Below are positions 25,359-37,949 of a stretch of DNA of 64,000 nucleotides, in pieces (position 1 is the stretch's first letter; each line of letters starts with the position of its first letter). The notes under the pieces are model-generated. The model worked only from the letters and a program-made list of their open reading frames with translations. It was not told the origin of the DNA and did no database searches. Source of the stretch: Octopus sinensis (taxonomy: Eukaryota); contig NC_042999.1 of assembly GCF_006345805.1 (NCBI RefSeq), forward strand, positions 162,192,001 to 162,256,000, written 5' to 3'. Made by a program: the position numbers and the translations under genes.

Positions 25359-25475
25359 CTTCATGTGCAAAGAATCAAAGACTTTCTTCAAAATTGTCAT
25401 TGTATCTAAAGATCCAGGGAGTCCAACAAAATCAAAAGAGTCAAATGTTTCCTGTGTTGATGCTTTATTCAAATC
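25359..25475 (-). CDS. Putative exon H, 117 nt, phase 0-0: DLNKASTQETFDSFDFVGLPGSLDTMTILKKVFDSLHMK
   Basis: Acceptor actttatttctttggcag, donor AAG|gtaaat; overlaps ORF 25158..25472. Confidence 0.8.
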
Positions 25476-25786
25476 CTGCCAAAGAAATAAAGTGTATAAC
25501 GCTGAAGAGTCTGAGAAAGCTCAAGTTGATAAGGAGAGTGTGACAAGAAAAATAGAAACAAATAACCTTTTATTTTGGTGTGCCATAAAGTAGAGGTAAG
25601 CACTTCATGCGGTGAGTCTAAATTGTACTCTTAGAAAAGTTATAAATGCCAAACTTTTAATTCTTATCTCACTTGGCATCAATGCTGTAATCATCCATTT
25701 ACACATACACTTGATTAGATTAAAGAGAAACAACTTTGTAGACATGGAGTTGAGCAAGCAGGTCAATGTTTTTTGTTCGTACTCAC

Positions 25787-25860
25787 TCCAGACAGTCTAG
25801 TGTGTCTTAATTCTATGTATCTCAATTTACTCAGATCATCAAAGAATGTTAAAATGTTAC
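25787..25860 (-). CDS. Putative exon G, 74 nt, phase 1-0: NILTFFDDLSKLRYIELRHTRLSG
   Basis: Acceptor ggtctatctag, donor GGA|gtgagt; open frame, phases fit. Confidence 0.7.
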
Positions 25861-26154
25861 CTAGATAGACCACTGTCTTAACAAAAGAGAAATCAACTCT
25901 TCATTTGCCTAACACTATAGAACCATGGCTAAAAATAGACCTTTAAAATCCTTACAATATTCAGGAGGACATATACTGCATTTTACTTACAATAGATGTG
26001 GTCAAGCAGAATATTGAGACACTTAACAGTTTGAAAATATGGATTTCATCAAGGTGTAAAGGAGTGAGAGCTTAATGAAAACATTGTATGTATATCAGTG
26101 GAGAGTGAGAGAATGAAAGTAAGATAGAACTTGAAAGAGAGAATCAGGGCTTAA

Positions 26155-26374
26155 CCCCTTCATTACCAACCCGGCTGAAACTGGCTCTGGCTCTGAGTAC
26201 AAATGTCTTATTTTCATAAGTTTTGAATTAAAATCTTCCACCAAACCTTGGTCACAATTTATGTTCCTAACACTAGCTGAATGATAACTAAGTTATTTTA
26301 CTAAATTCTTTGTTATATTTAAAGTAATTGAAAGAAACACAGAGCATCTCAAAATAAATACAGTAACAAAAGGG
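26155..26374. mobile_element. piggyBac-type MITE
   Basis: TTAA on both sides; TIRs CCCCTTCATTAC / CCCTTTTGTTAC. Confidence 0.7.
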
Positions 26375-26706
26375 TTAAAAAGAAAAAGTGTTCTTCACAT
26401 GGATAGCTTGTATTTATGTGATGAGGATAATATATATAGTTTCTTTCAGTTTTTGTTGTAATAATGTCATTCAAAATATTATAAACAAACATATGAACAA
26501 TTGTGTACATACTAATTACTTATAGGGACACCATATTTTGTTATGCAACCATAATATACTATAAGGTATATTAAACGTTTTTTATAAGTCAATACTGTGT
26601 CATGCTGTGTTAGTCATGCTATTAAATCACATGCTGAGATTATCTTTACAGATTTTCTGTAGAAATTATAACCAGCATTGATTTGTTACGATGTTTTATA
26701 TCTGAA

Positions 26707-27106
26707 CTAGCAGTATCGCCTGGCGTTGCTCGGGTTTGTAAGGGAAATAACTGTATAAGCATTTTTAGAGAGTTATAGCTAAAAAATAGCAAAAAAAAAT
26801 GCATTAAAAATGGAAAAAAAATTATGGTAAATTTTTTTTTAAATCGTTGACTCATCATAGACATTTTTAGAGAGTTACTTCCCTTATATAATAGCGAAAA
26901 ATGCATTAAAATGGAAAAAAAATTATGGTAAATTTTTTTTTAAATCGTAGACTCATCGTAGACGCGCGCTAATACCCAGAAGGGCTCGATATGAATCACG
27001 ACTATAAGATACCCGGTTTTGGTTAAACTGCACCATAAAATGTGGGAGTAGTTAGGAATCTAAATCGTAGGAGACAGACACCACACAACTTGACTTTTAT
27101 ATATAT
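26707..27106 (-). mobile_element. Non-autonomous Helitron-like element (same family as 7979-8353)
   Basis: ACTAGCAGTATCGCC terminus; internal about 100-bp duplication. Confidence 0.75.
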
Positions 27107-27456
27107 CTGAATAAATCTTCTGTAAACAAGAATGCAATCGAAGATGGAAAAACAGGTAATGGTTTTATATGCATAATTGATATGCATGTACAGCTGCCAG
27201 GAATGTGTTTAATATGTAAAATTGGTATACCCAATCATGTTACACTGCTACATTTAATGGCTATTTAAGCGATGTGTTCATGGATGGTTAATGGGTTGGA
27301 TGTGATGCTGAAGATGGAGCAAGAACTCCTGAAATATGCATATACACCCATTACCTAGTTTTCCATCTTCGATCACATTGTTGTTTAATTTAGACATATT
27401 CAGATACAAAGCATTGTAACATATCAGCACTGGCTATAATTCCTATAGAAAATCTG

Positions 27457-27882
27457 TGGAGTGGCTGTGTGGTAAGTAGCTTGCTAACCAACCACATGGT
27501 TCTGGGTTCAGTCCCACTGCGTGGCATCTTGGGCAAGTGTCTTCTGCTATAGCCCCGGGCCAACCAATCCCTTGTAAGCGGATTTGGTAGACGGAAACTG
27601 AAAGAAGTCCATCGTATATATGTATATATATATATATATATAAATATATATATATATGTGTATGTGTTTGTGTGTCTGTGTTTGTCCCCCTAGCATTGCT
27701 TGACAACCGATGCTTTTGTGTTTATGTCCCCGTCACTTAGCGGTTCAGCAAAAGATACCGATAGAATAAGTACTGAGCTTACAAAGAATAAGTCCTGGGG
27801 CCGATTTGCTCGACTAAAGGCAGTGCTCCAGCATGGCCACAGTCAAATGACTGAAACAAGTAAAAGAGTAAAGAGTAAAGAG
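27457..27882 (+). mobile_element. SINE family B
   Basis: Family match. Confidence 0.9.
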
Positions 27883-28592
27883 AGATAACCTGTAATTATG
27901 TATACATATTTTGTTGGAATAACATACTTAATGAACATTAAAAAGCTAATTAGAAATATTATGCAGTGAAAAAAGACAACATTAATCCAATGACTAAAAT
28001 TATTTAATTACCCTTACATATATGAGAGACAGCTCTAGACATCTTTTGTTCTTATTACATTGCTTCAACAAAGTACAGACTTCCTCATATAATTAGTCTC
28101 AATTTTTTTCTATAAAATATGCTAATTTTCTACATCATCTGCTATACAATACTGTACTTCCATTTATTAATTCTCAGCTTAACAAGAACTATGCTTTGCT
28201 GAGAAGGTCTCATAAAACTGAAATAAGACCAGAGTTGTCTGCCATATTTATCAGAATAATTTAAATGACATTTTTTTTCAGTCATTAACTAAAATTGTCT
28301 TTCCTCAATGCATAATTATTTCAGGTTAGCTTTTGAATGCATTAAATATGTCTTTATTGTATTAAATATGTTAACAATACTTTAGCAGGTGGTGGCACAA
28401 TTTCTCTGAATGATTTATTCTCTAGGAAATACAAGTTGCAGTTATTCAGGCAAAGATTAAAAATGAAGACACATCCCACTACCAAAAAAACATATTTCCA
28501 AAATAATGAAGCTAATCAATACAGCTGTTGCTTATTCCCTGCTTTAATTGGATGAAATAAATTTTTCCGTGGATGATGTCACATCAACCTAC

Positions 28593-28668
28593 CATACATG
28601 AGAAACCCTGAAAATTTGGTGGCTGCTCCGAAAACAGGGTGACGAGTTGTGTGTAGAATTATCATGCT
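28593..28668 (-). CDS. Putative exon F, 76 nt, phase 0-1: SMIILHTTRHPVFGAATKFSGFLMY(G)
   Basis: Acceptor tgtgtatttggcag, donor ATG|gtaggt; phases fit both neighbours. Confidence 0.7.
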
Positions 28669-28765
28669 CTGCCAAATACACAACATAGCATACAGAGCAA
28701 GTTGTGGAATGATGTCAGCAGCTGGGTGCGTTGACCGGAAGTTGGGGCAACTGGAAGGGGCAGCC

Positions 28766-29141
28766 GTGAGACGTGCGCAGGGAGCGGGGATTTCGGCCTT
28801 TCCAACGAGGGTCGTCGAGGTGTTAAGATGTGTGAAGACGTTGCTAAGGTTCGGTGAAGCAGCTGCTATCTTTAGCGTTCGGGTCGGGGCTGTGACGAAG
28901 GATCCGTTACCACTGAAGGGTCTCTATCAGAGTGAAGAGAAGGTAGGTGCCTTTATATATCGACTATCTCTTTGCTCTGATAGAGACCCTTCAGTGGTAA
29001 CGGATCCTTTGTCACAGCCCCGACCCGAACGCTAAAGATAGCAGCTGCTTCACCGAACCTTAGCAACGTCTTCACACGTCTTAACACCTCGATGACCCTC
29101 GTTGGAAAGGCCAAAATCCCTGCTCCCTGTGCACGCCTCAC
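28766..29141. repeat. Inverted repeat: 175-bp arms (28766-28940, 28967-29141), 26-nt loop
   Basis: About 9 mismatches, all transitions, most at CpG. Confidence 0.95.
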
Positions 29142-29535
29142 CTATCTATAATATTGTTTACTAAATTTATAACAAAACATTGCTGAGATATAGTAGATGG
29201 CTCCATACTGCAAGGTTTTACTTGATAAGAGCAAGCAGACCTTGTATTTATTTAGATATAAGTTTGTTCTTTAGCCCCATGTGAGCCCTGTGAGCATCCT
29301 TTCCTTTTTTGTCAAATCTAATGTAAACAGAATAACACTATCCAATATGTTCACCCAGTTTTAAAACAGGAGGATCTAATTCAAAATTTAGCGGATTGAG
29401 CAACATTATAGTGTCTACCTTACAGTCTTGTTAGTGGATGTGTGTAAATGAATGGCGCATGTATCAATTGTTGATGCTTGTATTGCTGAAGTCACATACA
29501 TGTTAAACTCCAGAAATAACAAAAGATAGAAGTAC

Positions 29536-29621
29536 CAGAGGATCTTTGATGCTTTCCTTTTTCTTTTGAGCCTTCTTTGCTTGAGTTGAATGGGCTTTAT
29601 TGACAATATTGGTAATTGACA
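29536..29621 (-). CDS. Putative exon E, 86 nt, phase 1-0: SITNIVNKAHSTQAKKAQKKKESIKDPL
   Basis: Acceptor ttttgcatattcttttgacag, donor CTG|gtactt; phase fits exon F. Confidence 0.6.
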
Positions 29622-30501
29622 CTGTCAAAAGAATATGCAAAAATCATCATCATTGTTATCAACACCACCACCAGTCATCATCATCATCATCATCATTGCT
29701 GTCATCATTGTCATTAACACCATCACTAACACTACTGTCATCATTGTCCATTATCCACTCATTGTCAACATCTTTATTCAGTCAGGAATACAATAAATCA
29801 AGGTTTAAAACAACTGGTGTTAGCATTCTCACCTTTCTTAGGCATATTTTCTTTCAGAAAACTGAGATTATCCTCTATATCATATTCAATGGCATTAATT
29901 TTTTCTTTAATCCCGTCAAATTGGTCATCCAAATTAGGTAAGGACAGTTAAAGAAATAAAAAACAGAATTCACAACAATATTTTGTCAATGAAGTAGTTA
30001 AAAAGTGCTGATGATTAGTGTCTTAGAATTTCCTCATAATTACAAAGTGTTATCGTTACACTATGTTCATAATCAACAAAATTAGTAATATATGTATATA
30101 TCAGAGTCAGTTTAATCAATCATATTTTAAGTTAATATTAACATATTTAAAGCAAGGAACATTAAAAAGATAATTACAAATAATCATGTGATGGGGTAAA
30201 AAAAATAGTAGTTAATGAATATTGTTTTGATTACTTTGAGAGGAGTTGACAACTCTAGACATGTTTCAGTATTATTACAACCTCGTTTAAAGAATAAATC
30301 ACTAAGAGATTTATTTTTTAAACAATGTAAAGTTGAATTAGGGTTTATTTAATGCAGGGAAAATTAGAAAGCTATAAGTATTCAACTGAAACATACAACA
30401 GAAAATTGCTCTCAGCATTATTAGTAACAAAGGGATTTTTCCTTTGTACAAGAAGTACATTATATGAAGTATGTGGTTTGAAATTGATTGAAATGAGAGA
30501 C

Positions 30502-30536
30502 CTTCATAAACCGAAACCCACAGTCTGAAGGAGGTT
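30502..30536 (-). CDS. Possible bridging exon, phase 2-1: TSFRLWVSVYE
   Basis: Acceptor atttccttag; supplies the phase change needed between exons D and E, but the donor (gtctct) is poor. Confidence 0.2.
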
Positions 30537-31999
30537 CTAAGGAAATTCATTTTAGAAACCAAATTCAGGTAAAAAGCTTATGGGTTTTATTGATTCAAAA
30601 TCATAAGCTTTTTACTGAATTTGCATTCAAATTTGATTTTACTTTTATATATATGGTTTTCAGTTTTGTGCCACAATATTTTTGCTTATGAAAGCCAACA
30701 TTTTTATCATTTTCCGACCTCAAATTAGTAAACACACACAGCCACATTTATAGGGGAGTAAAAAGGCCACTTCCTCAGGACCCCTTGCCAGATGGACCCA
30801 CCGCTGACCTTTTGCCTTAGGTAAGTTTAATGCATTTTAAAGTATTTAACATGGTTTACTTGATTTGATACATTTTTGACTGAAGTTTTTAGTATCTTTC
30901 CCAAAAACTTTAATTTTAATTATGTATAACATTCAACATTTATATAAAAACACATTTATGCATTTACGTATATTTCTATGCTATATTTACAGATTTGTAT
31001 TCAACCTTTATAAATGTATGTTTAACTTGTCAATACCAATTACATACAATAAACAGACTTTGATATGTAAATTTAGTGCTTTTGCATTCTATTTCCATTT
31101 TTATATATCAAGGACCCACCAAAACTGAAGTGTCCTAATCCAACCAATTTAGCAATGTATGTATACACACACACACATACATACAGCTATCTCTTTTGCT
31201 CTTGCTCTGCCTGCCCACCTGCCCACCTACCTATCCACCTATCTATCTATGCATGCATAAATATATGCATGTGATATTAGCTGAGTACCCAACATTACCC
31301 TAGTTGAAAGGTAACTAAATAGTTCTTATTGAAGGTATATTTAGTTTAAGGGAACTCTACTGGATCTTTTAAAAAGTTACCATTTACATAAGAAATGAAA
31401 CTGTTATATAATACATTATAGCAGTCTGCTGTCTAATGCCCTGTGCTACAGATACACATTTATTACAGTACATTTCAAAATTCTTTTATGTTTATGTATT
31501 GCATTTTGCAAGATTCCTGATATGAAATCGTGTTTTAAAACAGGTATTGTTATATTTTGGGATGGTCATTTCTTTTTTACTTGCCAAATAAACAAATACA
31601 CTATATATTCCTTCTTTACTTGTTTATTATTGTTCTTATTTTATGTCAGTTGTGTGGAAATCTTTTGTCACACACCTGTGATCTCTTCAGCAACTCTTCA
31701 TCCCACATGTCTCTTCCTGTTCTGCTTAGTCTATACTGTCTTCTATAGTGTGTATATTTATCTATGTATATGTTTGTGCCTGTATCTGTGTGTGTATGTG
31801 TGGGGGGTTGCTTACCATACTGTTTGTATCTGTGCCCTTTATAGTTTTTTTCATTTATTTACTTATTTATCTTTCTATTTTTCCCCATCTCATCTTAAGT
31901 ATATGTATGTGTGTCTTTTGTGTGTGGGTATATGGGTTTATGTATTAACTATTTGTATGTCTTTACATTTTTCCCTTCCATTCTGCCTTTAGTTGTCAT

Positions 32000-32920
32000 G
32001 TTGCATAGTGTGGTGGTGGGTGTTATTGTTCCATTTGTGTTTTTTGTTGAAGCTCAGTCCATCTATTACTATGTGTGAGTGGCATCTGTAATCTCTCTAA
32101 GTGTTATGTCTGTTCTGTGTTGACAACACCTTAATGCTTATGTTATTAACTGAGCTTCAATGTTCTAATTGAGCATGTTGGTAGAGCACTGATGAGCTTT
32201 TTTTCCTCTTTGAGCTGCTGCAAGTGTTCCCCTGTTTGCTCCCCTGTGCCATGTGCTGTCTCCTCAATGTAAGTTGTTGTCTTGTTTCTGCACTGTCCTT
32301 CAGTACATCGTATGCTATAAACTACCTTTTATATCTTACAGTTAAACTGTGAGTTCATCCTACACACTATACTGTTGTCCTCCATACATGGGGACCTATC
32401 GAATGGATATGTTCTACAAATCAGGGATTTTATGGGGATTCCTGGCTTTTCTACTACATTAATCCATACATTTATTTTATTTAATGTTTTCCCAACAAGT
32501 TATGATAGTTTGCCACCAGTGGGTAGCATCAACAAACATGACACTGATATTTTCCGTTGTCATTCCATGAGTTGGCCTTATCTATTTTCTTTTTGGTCCT
32601 TTCTATGCTGTTCCAGGATTTACTCCTGTATAGCCAGCAAATTCTAATGGCTTTGTATTTAAACCTGCCTCCTTGTACACTCTAATCTGTCCCTTGGGCT
32701 GTAGACATAAAACTGCATGCAATGGATGAAGTGTTGTATGTCTTTCCAATTCTGTTGGGTCCCAAAAGAACTGGACAAAGATAAGGAGAGGTTTGGGTAG
32801 TCAATAGAGACAACGATATCAAGGAAATTGATTGAGGATGTGGAGGTGACAGGATTAAAATCAAGCACTGAGTCCAAGAAATCACATACACACAGAAGCA
32901 TGACCACTAACTACACATAC
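32000..32920 (-). mobile_element. Degenerate Penelope-like RT C-terminus and GIY-YIG
   Basis: Remnants GEQIGEHLQQLKEEKSSSVLYQHA; NFLDIVV. Confidence 0.55.
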
Positions 32921-33064
32921 GTTTTACATTCCCATAAGCACACTTCACTTTATACTAGTACACACACCTATGCTAAGTGCCTCACACACACAAACCCTTA
33001 CATATGATCGAGCTATGCTTCCACCCCTACCCACTATAGAGTCACTACTTGCACATGTGAATGG

Positions 33065-33445
33065 GGAGGCGCAATGGCCCAGTGGTTAGGGCAGCGGACT
33101 CGTGGTCGTAGGATCGCGGTTTTGATTCCCAGACCGGGCGTTGTGAGTGTTTATTGAGCGAAAACACCTAAAGCTCCACGAGGCTCCGGCAGGGGATGGT
33201 GGTGATCCCTGCTGTACTCTTTCACCACAACTTTCTCTCACTCTTACTTCCTGTTTCTGTTGTACCTGTATTTCAAAGGGCCGGCCTTGTCACTCTCTGT
33301 GTTATGCTGAATATCCCCGAGAACTACGTTAAGGGTACACGTGTCTGTGGAGTGCTCAGCCACTTACACGTTAATTTCACGAGCAGACTGTTCCATTGAT
33401 CGGATCAACCGGAACCCTCATCGTCGTAACCGACGGAGTGCTTCC
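33065..33445 (+). mobile_element. SINE family A
   Basis: Family match; 12-bp TSD acatgtgaatgg. Confidence 0.92.
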
Positions 33446-33589
33446 ACATGTGAATGGATCACATATTGTTAGACTCACATGTGTTTATCTCATACACTCA
33501 AACATCAACATTTCTGTGTATGTGTGTATGTGTATATACTTATATCCATGTTTCTCTGTGCATGAATGTGTATGTGTGCCTGTATCTTT

Positions 33590-34452
33590 TATCTTTTAAA
33601 TATTTTAGTCATTAAATTGCAGCCATGCTGGGGTGGCACTGCCCCCTTGAGGAATTTTAGTCAAACTAATTGACCCCAGTACTTGTGTCTTTTTAAGCCA
33701 GATACTTATCGTATCAGTTTCTTTTGCCAAACCACTAAGTAGTGGCAACAAACACACCAACACCAATTGTCAAGTGGTGGGGTGGGGAACAAACTCAGAC
33801 ACAAAGATACACACATACATTTGTGTGTATGTGTGTGTGAATACATATATACATATAGGCGCAGGAGTGGCTGTGTGGTAAGTAGCTTGTTTACAAACCA
33901 TATGGTTCCAGGTTCAGTCCCACTGCGTGGCACCTTTGGCAAGTGTCTTCTACTATAGCCTCGGGCTGACCAAAGCCTTGTGAGTGGATTTGGTAGACGG
34001 AAACTGAAAGAAGCCCGTCGTATATATGTATATATATATATATATGCGTGTGTGTGTTTGTGTGTCTGTATTTGTCCCCCTAGCATTGCTTGACAACCGA
34101 TGCTGGTGTGTTTATGTCCCCATTACTTAGCGGTTCGGCAAAAGAGACCGATAGAATAAGTACTGGGCTTACAAAAGAATAAGTCCCGGGGTCGAGTTGC
34201 TTGATTAAAGGTGGTGCTCCAGCATGGCCGCAGTCAAATGACTGAAACAAGTAAAAGAGTATATATATATTTAGAGAGAGAGAGAGACAGCCTTCTTTCA
34301 GTTTCCATTTTCCAAATCCACACACAAGACTTTGGTCAGCCTGAGGTTATAGTAGAAGATACTTGCCCAAGGTGACATGCAGTGAAATTGAATTTGCAAC
34401 AATGTGGCTGGAAAGCAAGCTTCTTACCAGCCCTCCCGGCCACACCCGCACC
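33590..34452. mobile_element. Young SINE B (+, 33858-34260) nested in an older SINE B (-)
   Basis: Two halves of a diverged minus-strand copy flank an intact plus-strand copy. Confidence 0.8.
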
Positions 34453-35247
34453 TGTGTGTGTGTGTACGTGTAAGTCTGCATTTGTGTGGTGTATCTTGCG
34501 TGTACAGTTAGATGTACAACTGTTACTGTTGATTTTAGAGCTCTACATATATTTCATCATCCAGTCTGCTTCCATTAGAGTGCTTATATAATTACTATAT
34601 ACAGGAGACGGCAAAATTATATATCATAATGTGTATGTATGTGTAATTGTGTGTGTATGCATGTGTGTATGCGTTTGCATATATATTTACATTCTTAGCT
34701 AAGAGTGTTATATTGCAAGGACAACCACACGCACAAATACTAGAGCTCCCCCATTCTTCCTCTTGCTTGCTCTCTTCTCTTATTCTCTCCTTCTCACTGT
34801 GATTTAAACTATCTCTCAACTTCTAGTTCTACTATCTCTATCCAGCTGCCTTTTTATTCAAGGCCTGCAATGTAAATAACTGTTGTAAAATCGTCATTGT
34901 ATCTAATTCTTTTTCTCTCAAAACTCTTATTTCTTTTACTTCTCTCTTATAAAGGTTATAACCTGAAACATTAGTTCCTCTTCTATACCTTTCATTTACC
35001 ATATTTATCTCTATTGTACGCATTGTTTGATTAGTATTGATTTTGATTTCTTTCATGTATCTATACCTCTTCTACCATAAAGTTTACTCACCAAACTTCA
35101 TATTTGATTCTCTCCTCCTTAAAACGCAATCTTATTTGTTTTATTTGTTTTTTCATGTTTATATCTTTATGCCTTACTGAACAGATCATTGCTACTTTGT
35201 GGATTGACTATCAGTGTCTTTGTTCATATTATATGTACGTATGTATG

Positions 35248-35278
<31 letters not shown>

Positions 35279-35433
35279 GCATGTGTGTGTGTGTGTATGT
35301 ATGTATGCATGCATGTATATATGTCAGCATCCCCCACATTATAGCTGCCTCAGGTTATGGGATTTCATACTTAAAAGTAAATTGTAGAGTATGACCACAA
35401 ATTTAAGGATATGACCTGTAATTTTGCCCTTAC

Positions 35434-35496
35434 AGAAACTCAGATAAGTTTAACAAATTAAAATCTAAACTTTCTTCTGAGCCAAAGGCCTCATCT
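35434..35496 (-). CDS. Putative exon D, 63 nt, phase 2-2: DEAFGSEESLDFNLLNLSEF(L)
   Basis: Acceptor gtttgctaaaactcag, donor TCT|gtaagg; phase fits exon C. Confidence 0.45.
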
Positions 35497-35560
35497 CTGA
35501 GTTTTAGCAAACATCAAAGTATAGTTAACAATTAGAATAACTATTCTTTTAATTCTATTT

Positions 35561-35953
35561 TTTACTTGTTTCAGTCATTTGACTGCGGCCATGCTGGAGC
35601 ACCGCCTTTAATCAAGCAACTCGACCCCGGGACTTATTCTTTGTAAGCCCAGTTCTTATTCTATCGGTCTCCTTTGCCGAACCGCTAAGTGATGGGGACG
35701 TAAACACACCAGCATCGGCTGTCAAGCAATGCTAGGGGGACAAACACAGACACACAAACACATACACACACATATATATATACATATATACGACAGGCTT
35801 CTTTCAGTTTCCGTCTACCAAATCCACTCACAAGGCATTGGTCGGCCTGGGGTTATGGCAGAAGACACTTGCCCAAGGTGCCACGCAGTGGGACTGAACC
35901 CGGAACCATGTGGTTGGTTAGCAAGCTACTTACCACACAGTCACTCCTGCACC
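35561..35953 (-). mobile_element. SINE family B
   Basis: Family match. Confidence 0.9.
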
Positions 35954-36324
35954 TATAAAAGATTATTCGACCACGACGAGACTCGAGCTCGCAATCTTCT
36001 GATTCAAAGTCAGAATTATATGATAAAATATTCTAACTATATAATAAAATATTCTATGTACACATATCTAACATGATTGATGCATATATGTGTATACAAT
36101 AATATTTGATTTTGGTAAAGTCAGTCTTGTGATACTCTGAGTTTCAGCTGTCGTAGCTTAAGACTTTCCTAGAGTCATAACTCTAGGCAAATAACAAGAG
36201 ACTGACTCAACTGAAATAGAATATTATTAATCGCTTTCATGGTATTAAGGACTCTTTATTTCTAACAGTCCACACTAAACAGATACATGTATATTCATGT
36301 ATGTTTGTGTTTTTGTATAATACC

Positions 36325-36740
36325 TTTTTCTTTACTACCCACAAGGGGCTAAACATAGAGTGGACAAACAAGGACAGACATACGTATTAAGTCGATTACA
36401 TCGACACCAGTGCGTAACTGGTACTTAATTTATCGAACCCGAAAGGATGAAAGGCAAAGTCGACCTCGGCAGAATTTGAACTCACAACGTAACGGCAGAC
36501 GAAATACCTATTTCTTTACTACCCACAAGGGGCTAAACACAGAGAGGACAAACAAGGACAAACAAACGGATTAAATCGATTACATCGACCCCAGTGCGTA
36601 ACTGGTACTTAATTTATCGACCCCGAAAGGATGAAAGGCAAAGTCGACCTCGGCGGAATTTGAACTCACAACTTGACGGCAAACGAAATACCGCTAAGTA
36701 TTTCGCCCGGCGTGCTAACGTTTCTGCCAGCTCGCCGCCT
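36325..36740 (-). mobile_element. SINE family C, head-to-tail dimer
   Basis: Body repeated, with junction at about 36505 through shared ggtatttcgtctgccg. Confidence 0.85.
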
Positions 36741-37031
36741 TTGTATAATACCTTGGGTCACAGTGGGCATATATGCATGTAAGTGCATGCATATATGTGG
36801 TGGTATGTAAGTGTGCATAGGTATGTATGTATGTATGTAAATCAATCTTCACTACCATCAACACCAGAACCAATACAGCTGCTGCCACAAACAACCCAAC
36901 AACTGCAACAAGATAAACAACTCCATCTAAAATAAAATACAATGATGAGTTAATGTGTTACCCTGGATCGAAGCTAAATAAGTATTAACTTCAGACTAAA
37001 CAGCAACAATAATACAATTAACAAGAATAAT

Positions 37032-37196
37032 AGGCGCAGGAGTGGCTGTGTGGTAAGTAGCTTGCTAACCAACCACATGGTTCCGGGTTCAGTCCCACTG
37101 CGTGGCATCTTAGGCAAGTGTCTTCTGCTATAGCCCCGGGCCGACCAATGCCTTGTAAGTGGATTTGGTAGATGGAAACTGAAAGAAGCCTGTCGT

Positions 37197-37232
<36 letters not shown>

Positions 37233-37440
37233 TTGTGTGTCTGTCCCCCTAGCATTACTTGACAACCGATGCTGGTGTGTTTATGTCCCCATCACCTAGC
37301 GGTTCAGCAAAAGAGACCGATAGAATAAGTACTGGGCTTACAAAAGAATAAGACCCAGGGTCGATTTGCTCGACTAAAGGCGGTGCTCCAGCATGGCCGC
37401 AGTCAAATGACTGAAACAAGTAAAAGAGAGCAAAAGAGAG
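37032..37440 (+). mobile_element. SINE family B
   Basis: Family match. Confidence 0.9.
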
Positions 37441-37949
37441 TAATACTTGCCCCAAACACCCACCCTCCACCTATTATCACTATCACCAAAGCAATCAACA
37501 CCACCACCACACTACTATCTACCTACCAACTTTTGAATCACCAACTATTGTTGGTTATTCAATAATAGTACCAACATGATGGAAATGTCATTAAATAAAT
37601 AAGTTGTATGAAAACATAATGGTATTAGTGCATGTGTGAGAGAGAGAGGGAGAGAGAGTGAAAGAATGAGAGTGTGAGAGAGTGAAAGAGAGAGAAGGTG
37701 AGAAACAAACTTTTATGGCCTAAATCATGGCTCTAAGAGGCAAAATGCTCATGAAACTGGTAACCCTTCAACTAACTGTAATTATACAATGCTTCCTCAC
37801 ACCTCACTCCTCCGCATCTTCATTTTCATTCTTACAACCATATGTATAAGACAAGTATTTTGTGCTCACAAAATGGTTTTTTTCCTGGTGCCACATTATT
37901 TTATTATGTATGTTATGGATAATTACTGATAGCTGCAACTTGGATTTAG

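Noticed and set aside
25787-25860. Leucine-rich-repeat assignment from LSKLRYIELRHTRLSGDL
   Set aside because: Single occurrence, lacks the conserved Asn, and neighbouring exons show no LRR periodicity; no gene name assigned.
28895-28945. Hammerhead in the 175-bp hairpin arm (CCACTGAAGGGTCTCT...)
   Set aside because: The core is CUGAAGG rather than CUGANGA, and no GAAA follows a stem II.
34830-35200. Apparent exon with strong donor (MKKQIKQIRLRFKEERIKYEV|gtgagt)
   Set aside because: No good acceptor, and the neighbouring sequence continues as broken coding-like DNA, more like a decayed LINE linker; not fully excluded.
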